DNA of 62,495 nt, from positions 1-62,495 of the forward strand of contig CABRWD010000001.1 in assembly GCA_902474595.1 (NCBI GenBank), written 5' to 3'. Source of the stretch: an uncultured Oscillospiraceae bacterium. GTDB lineage: Bacteria; Bacillota; Clostridia; Oscillospirales; Acutalibacteraceae. The notes beneath the pieces are model-generated. The model ran no database searches. It was not told where the DNA came from and worked only from the letters and a program-made list of their open reading frames with translations. Every line of letters starts with the position of its first letter. Position 1 is the first letter of the stretch. A program made the translations under genes and the position numbers. Below are positions 30,056 through 38,070 of the stretch, one piece after another.

Positions 30056-30080
30056 ATTGTCAAACAAAAAACAGTTTACG

Positions 30081-30131
30081 AAACAGACAATGGCGCCTGG
30101 TAATAAAAAAGGTGCGGTTGTCTGTTTTTTT
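30081..30131 (+). promoter_or_regulatory. terminator-like hairpin in the 5' leader (possible attenuator)
   Basis: aaacagacaa ... ttgtctgttt forms a perfect 10-bp stem, extended by cgcc/ggtg, followed by ttttt. It ends 27 nt before the ATG at 30158. Confidence 0.4.
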
Positions 30132-30157
30132 AATACTAAGGAACGGAGCGGTGACAA

Positions 30158-30922
30158 ATGAGCGCAAAGGACATAGAAATAAGTCTTAAAAACATCGGTA
30201 TGGAATATCAGAACGGCGTAACAGCTCTTACAAATTTGAGCATTGATATTAAAAAGGGCGAGTTTGTCTCGCTCCTCGGTCCGTCGGGCTGCGGTAAAAC
30301 TACCCTATTGCGAATTATTGCCGACCTGTTAAAGCCCACAAACGGCGTGGTCACCGTAGGCGGCGAAACCCCGACCGAAGCAAGACTTAAACGCAAATAC
30401 GGCATAGTCTTTCAAAGCCCCGTGCTTTACGACTGGCGCACGGTAAAGAAAAATGTGATGCTGCCTATGGAGATTTTAAAGGTTCCCAAGCCCGACCGCG
30501 AGGAGCGGGCAATGCAAATGTTAGAGCTTGTGGGACTTACGGACTTTGCTGACCGCTATCCGAAACAGCTTTCGGGCGGTATGCAGCAAAGGGTGGGCAT
30601 TGCGAGAGCGCTTGCAATTCAGCCCGAGATACTCTTAATGGACGAACCCTTTTCTGCACTTGACGAGTTCACCCGCGAAAAGCTGCACGAGGATCTCCTT
30701 AGAATTTGGCGCAAGACCGATAAAACGATAGTTTTTGTTACCCACAACATTGCGGAGTCGGTTTTCCTTTCCGACAGGGTCTGTGTGCTGTCGCCCCACC
30801 CGGGCAGACTTTCGGCGCTGATCGACATTGACCTGCCGAGACCCCGAACGGCTGAGATAAAAAATACCATAGAGTTTACGGATTATGTTGCTAAGATAAG
30901 AGGAAGCTTTGAGGGAGTGTAA
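30158..30922 (+). CDS. ABC transporter ATP-binding protein (NitT/TauT nitrate/sulfonate/bicarbonate-type family)
   Basis: Walker A GPSGCGKTT, signature LSGGMQQRV, Walker B LLMDEPFSALD. Confidence 0.9.
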   Translation: MSAKDIEISLKNIGMEYQNGVTALTNLSIDIKKGEFVSLLGPSGCGKTTLLRIIADLLKPTNGVVTVGGETPTEARLKRKYGIVFQSPVLYDWRTVKKNVMLPMEILKVPKPDREERAMQMLELVGLTDFADRYPKQLSGGMQQRVGIARALAIQPEILLMDEPFSALDEFTREKLHEDLLRIWRKTDKTIVFVTHNIAESVFLSDRVCVLSPHPGRLSALIDIDLPRPRTAEIKNTIEFTDYVAKIRGSFEGV

Positions 30923-30925
30923 GAA

Positions 30926-31738
30926 ATGAAAGCCCTTAAAAAAATAACAAATGCAAAATGGTTTATGCCCCTTTTGTGGACGCTTATTATCATATGTATA
31001 TGGGAGCTGTTCGCAACCGTGGTTGAGCATACCGAACGCTCGCCCGAAAATTTTTTACCGCACATAAGCGGAATTGTGGAATCGGTGCTGTCACGGGAAA
31101 AGATTAACGGCAGTCAGACCGCTGTCGGTATGGTGCTTCAAAACGCGGGGGCGACCCTTTCCCGCGCGGGCATAGGCTTTGCGGTAGGCGTGGCGGCGGG
31201 CTTTGTATTAGCCCTTTTAATGAGCCTTTTCGGCACGGTCGAAAAAATCGCCTTCCCGTACCTAATGCTTATTCAGATGATTCCGGTTTTGGGGCTGGCA
31301 CCAATTATTTTAGCCCTTACGGGCGACATTGCCACCAGCCGAATAGTGATAGCCGCGATACTTACCTTTTACCCCGTTGCGGCGAATACCTTAGCCGGCT
31401 TTAAGTCGGTGCAAAAGGAAAAGTACGAGCTTATGTATTCCTACGCGGCGAGCAGGAGACAGCTTTATATTAAAACTATGTTCCCCGCCTGCCTGCCCTA
31501 TTTCTTTACGGGACTGAAAATTGCCGCTCCCATGGCGGTGACCGCCTCGATACTTGTTGATACGCTTCAGGGCGGTATAGGACTCGGGTGTCTTTTATCA
31601 CAGTCGCTTAAAGGCGCTATGACGCGGTATGTTTTCTGGCAGATTATAGTACTAAGCGCAATAGTCGGCGTATTAAGCTTTGTGCTGATAGGAAAAATAG
31701 AAAAGCTGTTGTGTCCCCATAACAGTGCGGAGGTGTAA
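30926..31738 (+). CDS. ABC transporter permease
   Basis: 270 aa with 6 TM helices and the binding-protein-dependent permease EAA-like region (SYAASRRQLYIKTMFPACLP). Confidence 0.85.
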   Translation: MKALKKITNAKWFMPLLWTLIIICIWELFATVVEHTERSPENFLPHISGIVESVLSREKINGSQTAVGMVLQNAGATLSRAGIGFAVGVAAGFVLALLMSLFGTVEKIAFPYLMLIQMIPVLGLAPIILALTGDIATSRIVIAAILTFYPVAANTLAGFKSVQKEKYELMYSYAASRRQLYIKTMFPACLPYFFTGLKIAAPMAVTASILVDTLQGGIGLGCLLSQSLKGAMTRYVFWQIIVLSAIVGVLSFVLIGKIEKLLCPHNSAEV

Positions 31739-31743
31739 AAGCA

Positions 31744-32556
31744 ATGACAGGAATGAAGCTGCCCGCCACGGCAAAGCACAGCGGCGTAAAATCGGTAGTG
31801 TATCCTATCGTTTTCGGGGCGCTTGTGCTGACCCTCTGGCAAACGGGCATTTTACATAAGCTTTTGCACACCACCACAACAATTCTTCCCTTGCCGACAA
31901 AAATAATTGAGATTATAGGTGATAATGCCGCCGTTATTTGGCAAAACACCTCAGCAACCCTCGCGGTTATAATACCGGGGCTTGTTATCGGATCTGTTAT
32001 AGGCTATCTGCTCTCTGTCCTTGCCTGTAACTCGCCGCGCTTTGGCGCAACGGGACTTACTATTATAGCAGCGATAAGCGCAATACCTATTGTTGCGCTG
32101 TCGGCGGTAATGCTCCAATGGACAAGGCGGGTAAGCACCGATGTAACCGTCAGAAGCTATGTTATGAAGCTTCTTATAGTAATAATCGTCAGCATAGCCT
32201 CAATGACCCTTAACGCCTACAGAGGACTGACCGAATTACAGCCCTTTTCGCTCGACCTTATGAAATCCTATGCGGCGGGACGGCTGACGGTGCTAATTAA
32301 GCTCCGCTCTCCCAACAGTATTCCTTATATCTTCACCTCCCTTAAGGTAAGCGTTCCGGCAAGCGCTATGGCGGCGCTGGTAAGCGAATACTTTGCCGAA
32401 AAGGTCACAGGCGTGGGGCGAATGATAAGGGAAAATATACTAAAGGCACAGTATTCCACAGCGTGGGCATATATAGCGGTCGCCTGTCTTATAGGTATAA
32501 TTATGTTTGCCATACTTCTGGCAACCGAAGCTTTGGTAATGAAAAAGCGGCGCTGA
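31744..32556 (+). CDS. ABC transporter permease (second subunit)
   Basis: 270 aa with 6 TM helices and the analogous SYAAGRLTVLIKLRSPNSIP loop. Confidence 0.85.
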   Translation: MTGMKLPATAKHSGVKSVVYPIVFGALVLTLWQTGILHKLLHTTTTILPLPTKIIEIIGDNAAVIWQNTSATLAVIIPGLVIGSVIGYLLSVLACNSPRFGATGLTIIAAISAIPIVALSAVMLQWTRRVSTDVTVRSYVMKLLIVIIVSIASMTLNAYRGLTELQPFSLDLMKSYAAGRLTVLIKLRSPNSIPYIFTSLKVSVPASAMAALVSEYFAEKVTGVGRMIRENILKAQYSTAWAYIAVACLIGIIMFAILLATEALVMKKRR

Positions 32557-32603
32557 GCTTTTTTGTTAATATATTAATTCCAATTAAAACGGAGGTAATT
32601 AAA

Positions 32604-33668
32604 ATGAAAATGAAAAAATTTGCAGCGATTGCCCTTTCGGCGGCGCTTACCCTCTCCTTTGCGGGTTGCGGGAGCAAGAACACAGGCTCTGAAACCGCCT
32701 CTAAGGCTATGACCGATGAAGAAAGGATTGTTTCCGCGGCACAGGCGGGAATGGTAGGTAACTGGGGACTCGGCAACGAGTACGAGATTCAGGCTCTGCT
32801 TTCAAAATACGGTCAGTCAACCGATTATGTAAGTATGGACTTTACTATGGACCAGTTCGACACCGACGCTATCACCTTAGCCTCGGCTATGACCTACAAT
32901 GAATTGGGACTTGTGGTAAACGACTATGACGGCGGCTACGGCTACGGCGACAAGGTCGGCATTATAGATATGAACGATCAGGGCGTTGCAATGCTTGAGG
33001 ATATGATTTTCTGCACAAAGAGCTTTGCACAGAATAACCCGAACACCGTCCGCGCCTTTGTTTCGGCTTCGCTCAAGGGCTGGAAATACGCCTGCGAGAA
33101 CCCCGAGGAGGCGCCAGAGATAGTTTACAAGGCAGGTTCTTCGGTTTCCTCCGAACACCAGGCATATATGGCTAAAGAGGTTAAGAAGTTAGTTGAGACC
33201 GACACCAAGGGCAACACCGTAACCAATTACGGCAATATGGACGAGGAGGCTTTACAGCAAACCCTCGACCTTGCAAAGAAGTACATTAAGCTTGACGACT
33301 CCGCGGCGGCGGAAAAGCTAAGCAAGCTTACCCTTGACGATATCCGCGATTCCTCCTACTTAACAGGCGAGTTCGGCGAACCCGAGAAGAAGGATGTTTC
33401 CATTCAGCTTAAATGGCTGCCACAGGCTCAGTTTATGGGCTACTATGTAGCTAAGGACAAGGGCTATTACGACGAGGTCGGTCTTAATGTCACCATCACT
33501 CCCGGAGGCGGCGACATAGGCGAGACCACCGCCGTAAGCAACGGAACGGTCGATTTCGGCGTAACCTGGGTTTCAAACCTTATCACCGCTAACGCAGGCG
33601 GTATGGACTTAGTAGATGTAGCGCAAATCTATCAGCGCTCGGGACTTGTACTTGTCTACAAAAAGTAA
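32604..33668 (+). CDS. lipoprotein substrate-binding protein, NMT1/THI5 (SsuA/ThiY)-like, with apparently permuted domain order
   Basis: I prefer the ATG at 32604 after a ggagg RBS; the track ORF starts at 32463. A signal peptide plus lipobox LSFAGC is present. NMT1-type segments are present but in swapped order (see findings). Confidence 0.8.
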   Translation: MKMKKFAAIALSAALTLSFAGCGSKNTGSETASKAMTDEERIVSAAQAGMVGNWGLGNEYEIQALLSKYGQSTDYVSMDFTMDQFDTDAITLASAMTYNELGLVVNDYDGGYGYGDKVGIIDMNDQGVAMLEDMIFCTKSFAQNNPNTVRAFVSASLKGWKYACENPEEAPEIVYKAGSSVSSEHQAYMAKEVKKLVETDTKGNTVTNYGNMDEEALQQTLDLAKKYIKLDDSAAAEKLSKLTLDDIRDSSYLTGEFGEPEKKDVSIQLKWLPQAQFMGYYVAKDKGYYDEVGLNVTITPGGGDIGETTAVSNGTVDFGVTWVSNLITANAGGMDLVDVAQIYQRSGLVLVYKK

Positions 33669-33747
33669 ATTTCTAATTTATTCTCTGCCTTTCTCAAAAG
33701 AGGAGGGCAGAGAAAGATATGTTTTAAGATAAGAAAGGGTGTTTTTT

Positions 33748-35103
33748 ATGGATCTGCTTATAAAGAACGGAACGGTTGTAACCGATTCCGAAATGTTTGC
33801 CGCCGATATTGCGGTAACCGACGGAAAAATTACGGCTGTCGCCGCCGATTTAAAGCCGACAGCAGATACTGCCGTTGTGGACGCGGCGGGCAAGCTTGTA
33901 CTGCCGGGCGCCATTGACGCCCACACCCACCTTGCGATGCCCTTCGGCGGCACTATTTCCTCGGACGATTATTACGCGGGAACCCGTGCTGCCGCCTGCG
34001 GTGGCACTACCACGGTGTTTGATTTTGTTTTGCAGGATTTCGGCGAGACTATGGTGGACGCGATAAAGCGGCGTGACGAGCTTTGCAAACCCGTTGCCGC
34101 GGTAGATTATTCCTACCATGTTGCGATAAAGGATGTAAGCGGCGAGCTTATTGATTCTATAGGCGACGCGGTGGAATACGGCGTTCCCTCCTTTAAGGTG
34201 TTTATGGTTTACGATTTTGGGGTTAAGGACGGCGTTTTCTATCAGGTACTCGAAAAGGCAAAAGAGGTCGGCGCGCTTATTGAGGTTCACGCCGAGAATA
34301 ACGAAATGGTAAATATGTTTACCAAGAAATTTTTGTCGGAGGGAAAGACAAGCGCGTGGTATCACTACCTCTCCCGCCCCGAATTTGTGGAGGCGGAGGC
34401 GGATATAAGGGCGATACAGTGGGCAAAATCATTGAACGCTCCCCTTTACATAGTACACCTTGCAAATAAAGAAGGTGTAGAGGCGGTGACCAAGGCGCGG
34501 GACGAGGGCTACGAGATTTACGCCGAGACCTGCCCGCAGTACCTTGAATTTACTTCTGATGTATACAAGCGCGAGGACGGCAGAAACTTCGTCTGCTCGC
34601 CGCCGATGAAGGGCGAGGAAAGCAGAAAATCTCTGTGGGAGGCTATTAAGCGCGGCGATATTGCCACAATAGCCACCGACCATTGCCCCTTCCAATCCTT
34701 TGAAAAGGATTGGGGCAAGGACGATTTCTCAAAAATTCCCAACGGCTGTGCGGGAATTGAAAATATGTACCCCTATATGCTCTCAGCCGCAAACAAGGGG
34801 GTTATAAGCTACCAAAAGGCGGTGGAGCTATGCGCCGCTAACCCCGCTAAGATATTCGGCTGTAAAAATAAGGGCTCCCTTACCGTCGGCAAGGACGCGG
34901 ACATTGTAATCTACGACCCGAACACAGAATTTACAATTACCAACGATAAAATGCACTCCGACTGCGACCACACGATCTGGGAGGGGGTAACCCTTAAGGG
35001 CTACCCCGAAAAGACCTATTCCAGAGGAAGGCTCGTCTACGATAAGGGCGAGTTTAAGGGCGAAAAGGGCTGGGGTAAATTTGTAAAATGCTCCCTTAAA
35101 TAA
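33748..35103 (+). CDS. hydA: dihydropyrimidinase / D-hydantoinase
   Basis: IDAHTHL, PSFKVFM (carboxylated-Lys position), EVHAEN, IVHLA and ATDHCP metal-site motifs. Length is about 451 aa. Confidence 0.9.
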   Translation: MDLLIKNGTVVTDSEMFAADIAVTDGKITAVAADLKPTADTAVVDAAGKLVLPGAIDAHTHLAMPFGGTISSDDYYAGTRAAACGGTTTVFDFVLQDFGETMVDAIKRRDELCKPVAAVDYSYHVAIKDVSGELIDSIGDAVEYGVPSFKVFMVYDFGVKDGVFYQVLEKAKEVGALIEVHAENNEMVNMFTKKFLSEGKTSAWYHYLSRPEFVEAEADIRAIQWAKSLNAPLYIVHLANKEGVEAVTKARDEGYEIYAETCPQYLEFTSDVYKREDGRNFVCSPPMKGEESRKSLWEAIKRGDIATIATDHCPFQSFEKDWGKDDFSKIPNGCAGIENMYPYMLSAANKGVISYQKAVELCAANPAKIFGCKNKGSLTVGKDADIVIYDPNTEFTITNDKMHSDCDHTIWEGVTLKGYPEKTYSRGRLVYDKGEFKGEKGWGKFVKCSLK

Positions 35104-35119
35104 ATTGTCGCTATGCGGC

Positions 35120-35393
35120 AGGCTGACGAGGGTTGAACCTATTACGGTTTGGGTTTCCGCCTTTTCCCGCCGGCTTTGCACCTATTTTTGAAAAAGCTAA
35201 GTATTCCTGCAAATTCGTAGACAATGCCTAATGAAAAAAGGCGGAGACACAAACTCTTTGACCTGCCATTTAGAAGAATTTTGATTCGGGCGAAGTCGAA
35301 GAACGCAGCAATACTGGCGTATTGCAAGTGATGAGACAAGTACGAACAAAATTATTCAAATGTCAGGCGTGATGGGTTCGACTCTCGTCAGCC
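35120..35393. repeat. 274-nt element bounded by terminal inverted repeats (MITE-like or structured RNA)
   Basis: aggctgacgagggttgaacc at 35120 and gggttcgactctcgtcagcct ending at 35393. The outer 11 bp are perfect and about 17 of 21 match overall. It fills most of the hydA/preA-like spacer. Confidence 0.6.
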
Positions 35394-35409
35394 TAAAGAG
35401 GTGAAGAAA

Positions 35410-36867
35410 ATGCTTAATATTAAGGAAGAGGCTTCAAGGTGTCTGCTCTGCGCGGACCCCGCCTGCACAAGAGCCTGTAAAAGCGGTCTTGACCCGGCAA
35501 GGGCGGTGCGCTCGGTTTATTTCGATAATCCCGAAGGCGCGGCGATTTTTACAGACCAAGGCATTTGCGCTGAGTGCTTCGGCGAGTGCGAACAGGCTTG
35601 CGTACATTACGATACGCCTATCAGAATAAGGGAGCTTGTAAATCTGCTCCCGCAAAAAGAAAAACCGACAAAAACCGATTTATCTACCCAATTTTTAGGT
35701 GTTCATTTTGAAAACCCCTTTATTCTCTCGTCTTCAATAGTGGCGGGCAGCTATGATATGTGCGCCGCCGCCTTTAAGGCGGGCTGGGCGGGAGCGGCTT
35801 TTAAAACCATAGGCTTTTTAAAGCCTAAAGAGGTTTCGCCCCGCTTTGACGCGATAAGCAAGGAAAGTGCGCCCTTTATAGGCTTTAGAAACTTAGAGCA
35901 GATTTCCGACCATGATTTAAGCCGCAATCTTGACGATTTAAGAAGACTTAAAGAGGACTTTCCGACTAAGGTTATCGTTGCCTCAATAATGGGGCAGAAC
36001 GAGGAGGAGTGGACAAAGCTTGCCGAGCTTGTAACCGAGGCTAAAGCCGATATTATCGAATGTAATTTCAGCTGTCCCCAGATGTGCGGCAAGGGCTTAG
36101 GCTCGGATGTGGGGGAAGACCCCGAATTAGTCGCCCGCTACACCGCGGCGGTAAGAAAGGGAACAAAGCTCCCAATACTTGCAAAGATGACCCCCAATCT
36201 CGGCAAGATGGAGCCGCCCGCAATAGCCGCGATAAGGGCGGGAGCAGACGGCATTGCCGCCATCAACACGGTAAAGAGCATAACGGGACTCTCATATGAC
36301 TGCAAAAGCCCACGGCTTGATATTGACGGAAAAAGCGCGGCTTCGGGCTATTCGGGCAAGGCGGTAAAGCCCATTGCCCTTAGGTTTATAAACGATATGA
36401 AGCATTGCCCCGAGCTTAAGGATATTCCGATAAGCGGAATGGGCGGCATTGAAAGCTGGCACGACGCGGCGGAGTTTATAGCACTCGGTTGCGGAAATGT
36501 TCAGGTTACCACGGCGGTAATGCAGTACGGCTACCGAATAATCGACGACCTTACAGACGGGCTTTCCCGATTTTTATCGAAGAACGATTATGAAAGACTT
36601 TCGGACTTTGTAGGCACGGCAAAAGAGGAATTTGTCTCGGCTGACGAGCTTAACCGCAGCAGTACCGTTTACCCCGCCTTTGATAAAAAGAATTGTGTGG
36701 GGTGCGGAAGATGTATGCTTTCCTACCGTGACGCGGGGCATCAGGCAATTTCTATTACAGAGGATAAAAAGCCGAGGCTTGACCCTAAAAAGTGCGTCGG
36801 ATGTCTTTTATGCTCCCTTGTCTGTCCGACAGGGGCGATAGGTCGGTCGAAACGGATTTATAAATAA
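35410..36867 (+). CDS. dihydropyrimidine dehydrogenase PreA-like (DHOD-fold FMN domain plus C-terminal ferredoxin motifs) with an extra N-terminal 2x4-Cys domain
   Basis: The N-terminus has CLLCADPACTRAC and CAECFGECEQAC. The core has FENPFILSSS...ECNFSCPQM...GGI. The C-terminus has CVGCGRC... and CVGCLLCSLVCP. I prefer the ATG at 35410 after aaagagg. Confidence 0.8.
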   Translation: MLNIKEEASRCLLCADPACTRACKSGLDPARAVRSVYFDNPEGAAIFTDQGICAECFGECEQACVHYDTPIRIRELVNLLPQKEKPTKTDLSTQFLGVHFENPFILSSSIVAGSYDMCAAAFKAGWAGAAFKTIGFLKPKEVSPRFDAISKESAPFIGFRNLEQISDHDLSRNLDDLRRLKEDFPTKVIVASIMGQNEEEWTKLAELVTEAKADIIECNFSCPQMCGKGLGSDVGEDPELVARYTAAVRKGTKLPILAKMTPNLGKMEPPAIAAIRAGADGIAAINTVKSITGLSYDCKSPRLDIDGKSAASGYSGKAVKPIALRFINDMKHCPELKDIPISGMGGIESWHDAAEFIALGCGNVQVTTAVMQYGYRIIDDLTDGLSRFLSKNDYERLSDFVGTAKEEFVSADELNRSSTVYPAFDKKNCVGCGRCMLSYRDAGHQAISITEDKKPRLDPKKCVGCLLCSLVCPTGAIGRSKRIYK

Positions 36868-36889
36868 AAACGCAAGGAGGCGGAGGAAA

Positions 36890-38056
36890 ATGGCTATTAC
36901 CATGGCAAAGCTTTGCGAGGACGCAAGGGCGAAATACGATATGGAGCTTATAGCAGGCAAGGGCGGCGCGGAAAACACCGTAAGGTGGGTGCATATGGTT
37001 GAGGACAGAGAAGTTCCCGACTTTCTGCACGGCGGCGAGCTTATCTTTACAACGGGTATCGGTCACATCGAAAGCGATGACCGTATGCTTGAGTTTACCC
37101 GTAATCTCCACGCCCACGGCGCGGCGGGGGTTGTTTTCAACATAGGACCCTACATAAAAAGGATTCCTCCCGAGGTTATAAGCTACGCCGACCAAAACGA
37201 TTTTCCCGTCTTTACCCTACCTTGGAAGGTGCACATAATCGATATTACCTATGATTTCTGCGGCAGGATAATCGAAAACGAAAAGGCGGAAATGAGCCTT
37301 ATGCAGGCGTTCAAAAACCTGATATTCAGCCCCGAAAAGGAGGACGAATATCTCCCCGCCATACAGAAAAACGGCTTTGCCGCCGCCTCGCATTACAGGG
37401 TGTTTGCATTAACCTTCTTCTCGTCAAACGGCAAAAAGGCAACCGCTCCCGTAGTCGCAAAAAACAAAACCCTTTTGTGGCGTATATTCGCCCGTTCCGA
37501 CTCCCCCGTCGCTATGTTTGAGTACGCCTCAAGCCTTATTGTTATAAAGCAGAACAGTCCCCCTAAATGCGTTGAGCGTATTACCGCCGCTTTAGAACGG
37601 GCTTTCCAAAAAAGCAGTATCACCTATAAAATCGGAATTTCCGACGAGGGGGCGGGCTATCTTTCGGTACCTTATCTTTACCGTCAGGCAAACGCGGCGC
37701 TTGTAACGGCGAAATATCAGGACTTGGTCACAAAAAGCTACTGCGATATAGGGCTTAACCGCCTTATACTCGCCGTGGAGGACAAGGATTTATTAAGCCG
37801 TTACGCAAACGAAGTACTTAAGCCCGTTGCGGATTATGACGAGAAAAACGGCACAGACTGCCTTGAGCTTTTAAAGCTTTATGTTGAAAGCGATTCAAGC
37901 GTGATAGCCGTGGCGGAAATGAGCGGCGTTCACCGCAACACGGTAAATAACCGAATAAAGCTTGTCCGCGAGCTTTTAGGCTATGAGCTTACCGAGAAAA
38001 GAAAGGCGGAGCTGATATTAGCCTTTCAGATTAAGGATATTTTGAATTTTATTTAA
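36890..38056 (+). CDS. PucR-family transcriptional regulator
   Basis: The N-terminal purine-catabolism-regulator-like domain reads ELIAGKGGAENTVRWVHMVED..GGELIFTTG. The C-terminal HTH reads SVIAVAEMSGVHRNTVNNRIKLVRELLG. Confidence 0.85.
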   Translation: MAITMAKLCEDARAKYDMELIAGKGGAENTVRWVHMVEDREVPDFLHGGELIFTTGIGHIESDDRMLEFTRNLHAHGAAGVVFNIGPYIKRIPPEVISYADQNDFPVFTLPWKVHIIDITYDFCGRIIENEKAEMSLMQAFKNLIFSPEKEDEYLPAIQKNGFAAASHYRVFALTFFSSNGKKATAPVVAKNKTLLWRIFARSDSPVAMFEYASSLIVIKQNSPPKCVERITAALERAFQKSSITYKIGISDEGAGYLSVPYLYRQANAALVTAKYQDLVTKSYCDIGLNRLILAVEDKDLLSRYANEVLKPVADYDEKNGTDCLELLKLYVESDSSVIAVAEMSGVHRNTVNNRIKLVRELLGYELTEKRKAELILAFQIKDILNFI

Positions 38057-38070
38057 CGGAGGCATTTAAA

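Noticed and set aside
30081-30131. Assignment of the leader hairpin to a known small riboswitch class (preQ1, HMP-PP/thiS-type, or NMT1/xanthine motif)
   Set aside because: I could not recognise the conserved nucleotides of any of these classes by eye. An Infernal/Rfam scan is needed, so it is reported only as a generic attenuator candidate.
33850-34365. Long antisense or out-of-frame ORFs throughout the GC-richer half. Examples are 33850..34365, 36785..37195, 40303..41025, 44622..45224, 46978..47463, 50138..50644, 51493..52373 and 59729..61589.
   Set aside because: They are shadow ORFs opposite or overlapping well-supported genes. They have biased Arg/Ser/Pro/Ala-rich composition and no RBS.
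35120-35393. Possible tmRNA or tRNA-like gene. The 5' ggctgacgagggttgaacc and 3' gggttcgactctcgtcagcc ends resemble tmRNA termini.
   Set aside because: - There is no 3' CCA or discriminator context.
- The paired ends are 11 bp rather than a 7-bp acceptor stem.
- No internal tag frame ends in a typical hydrophobic ...AA-stop.
- It lies inside a catabolic operon.

I kept it only as an IR-bounded element or structured-RNA candidate.
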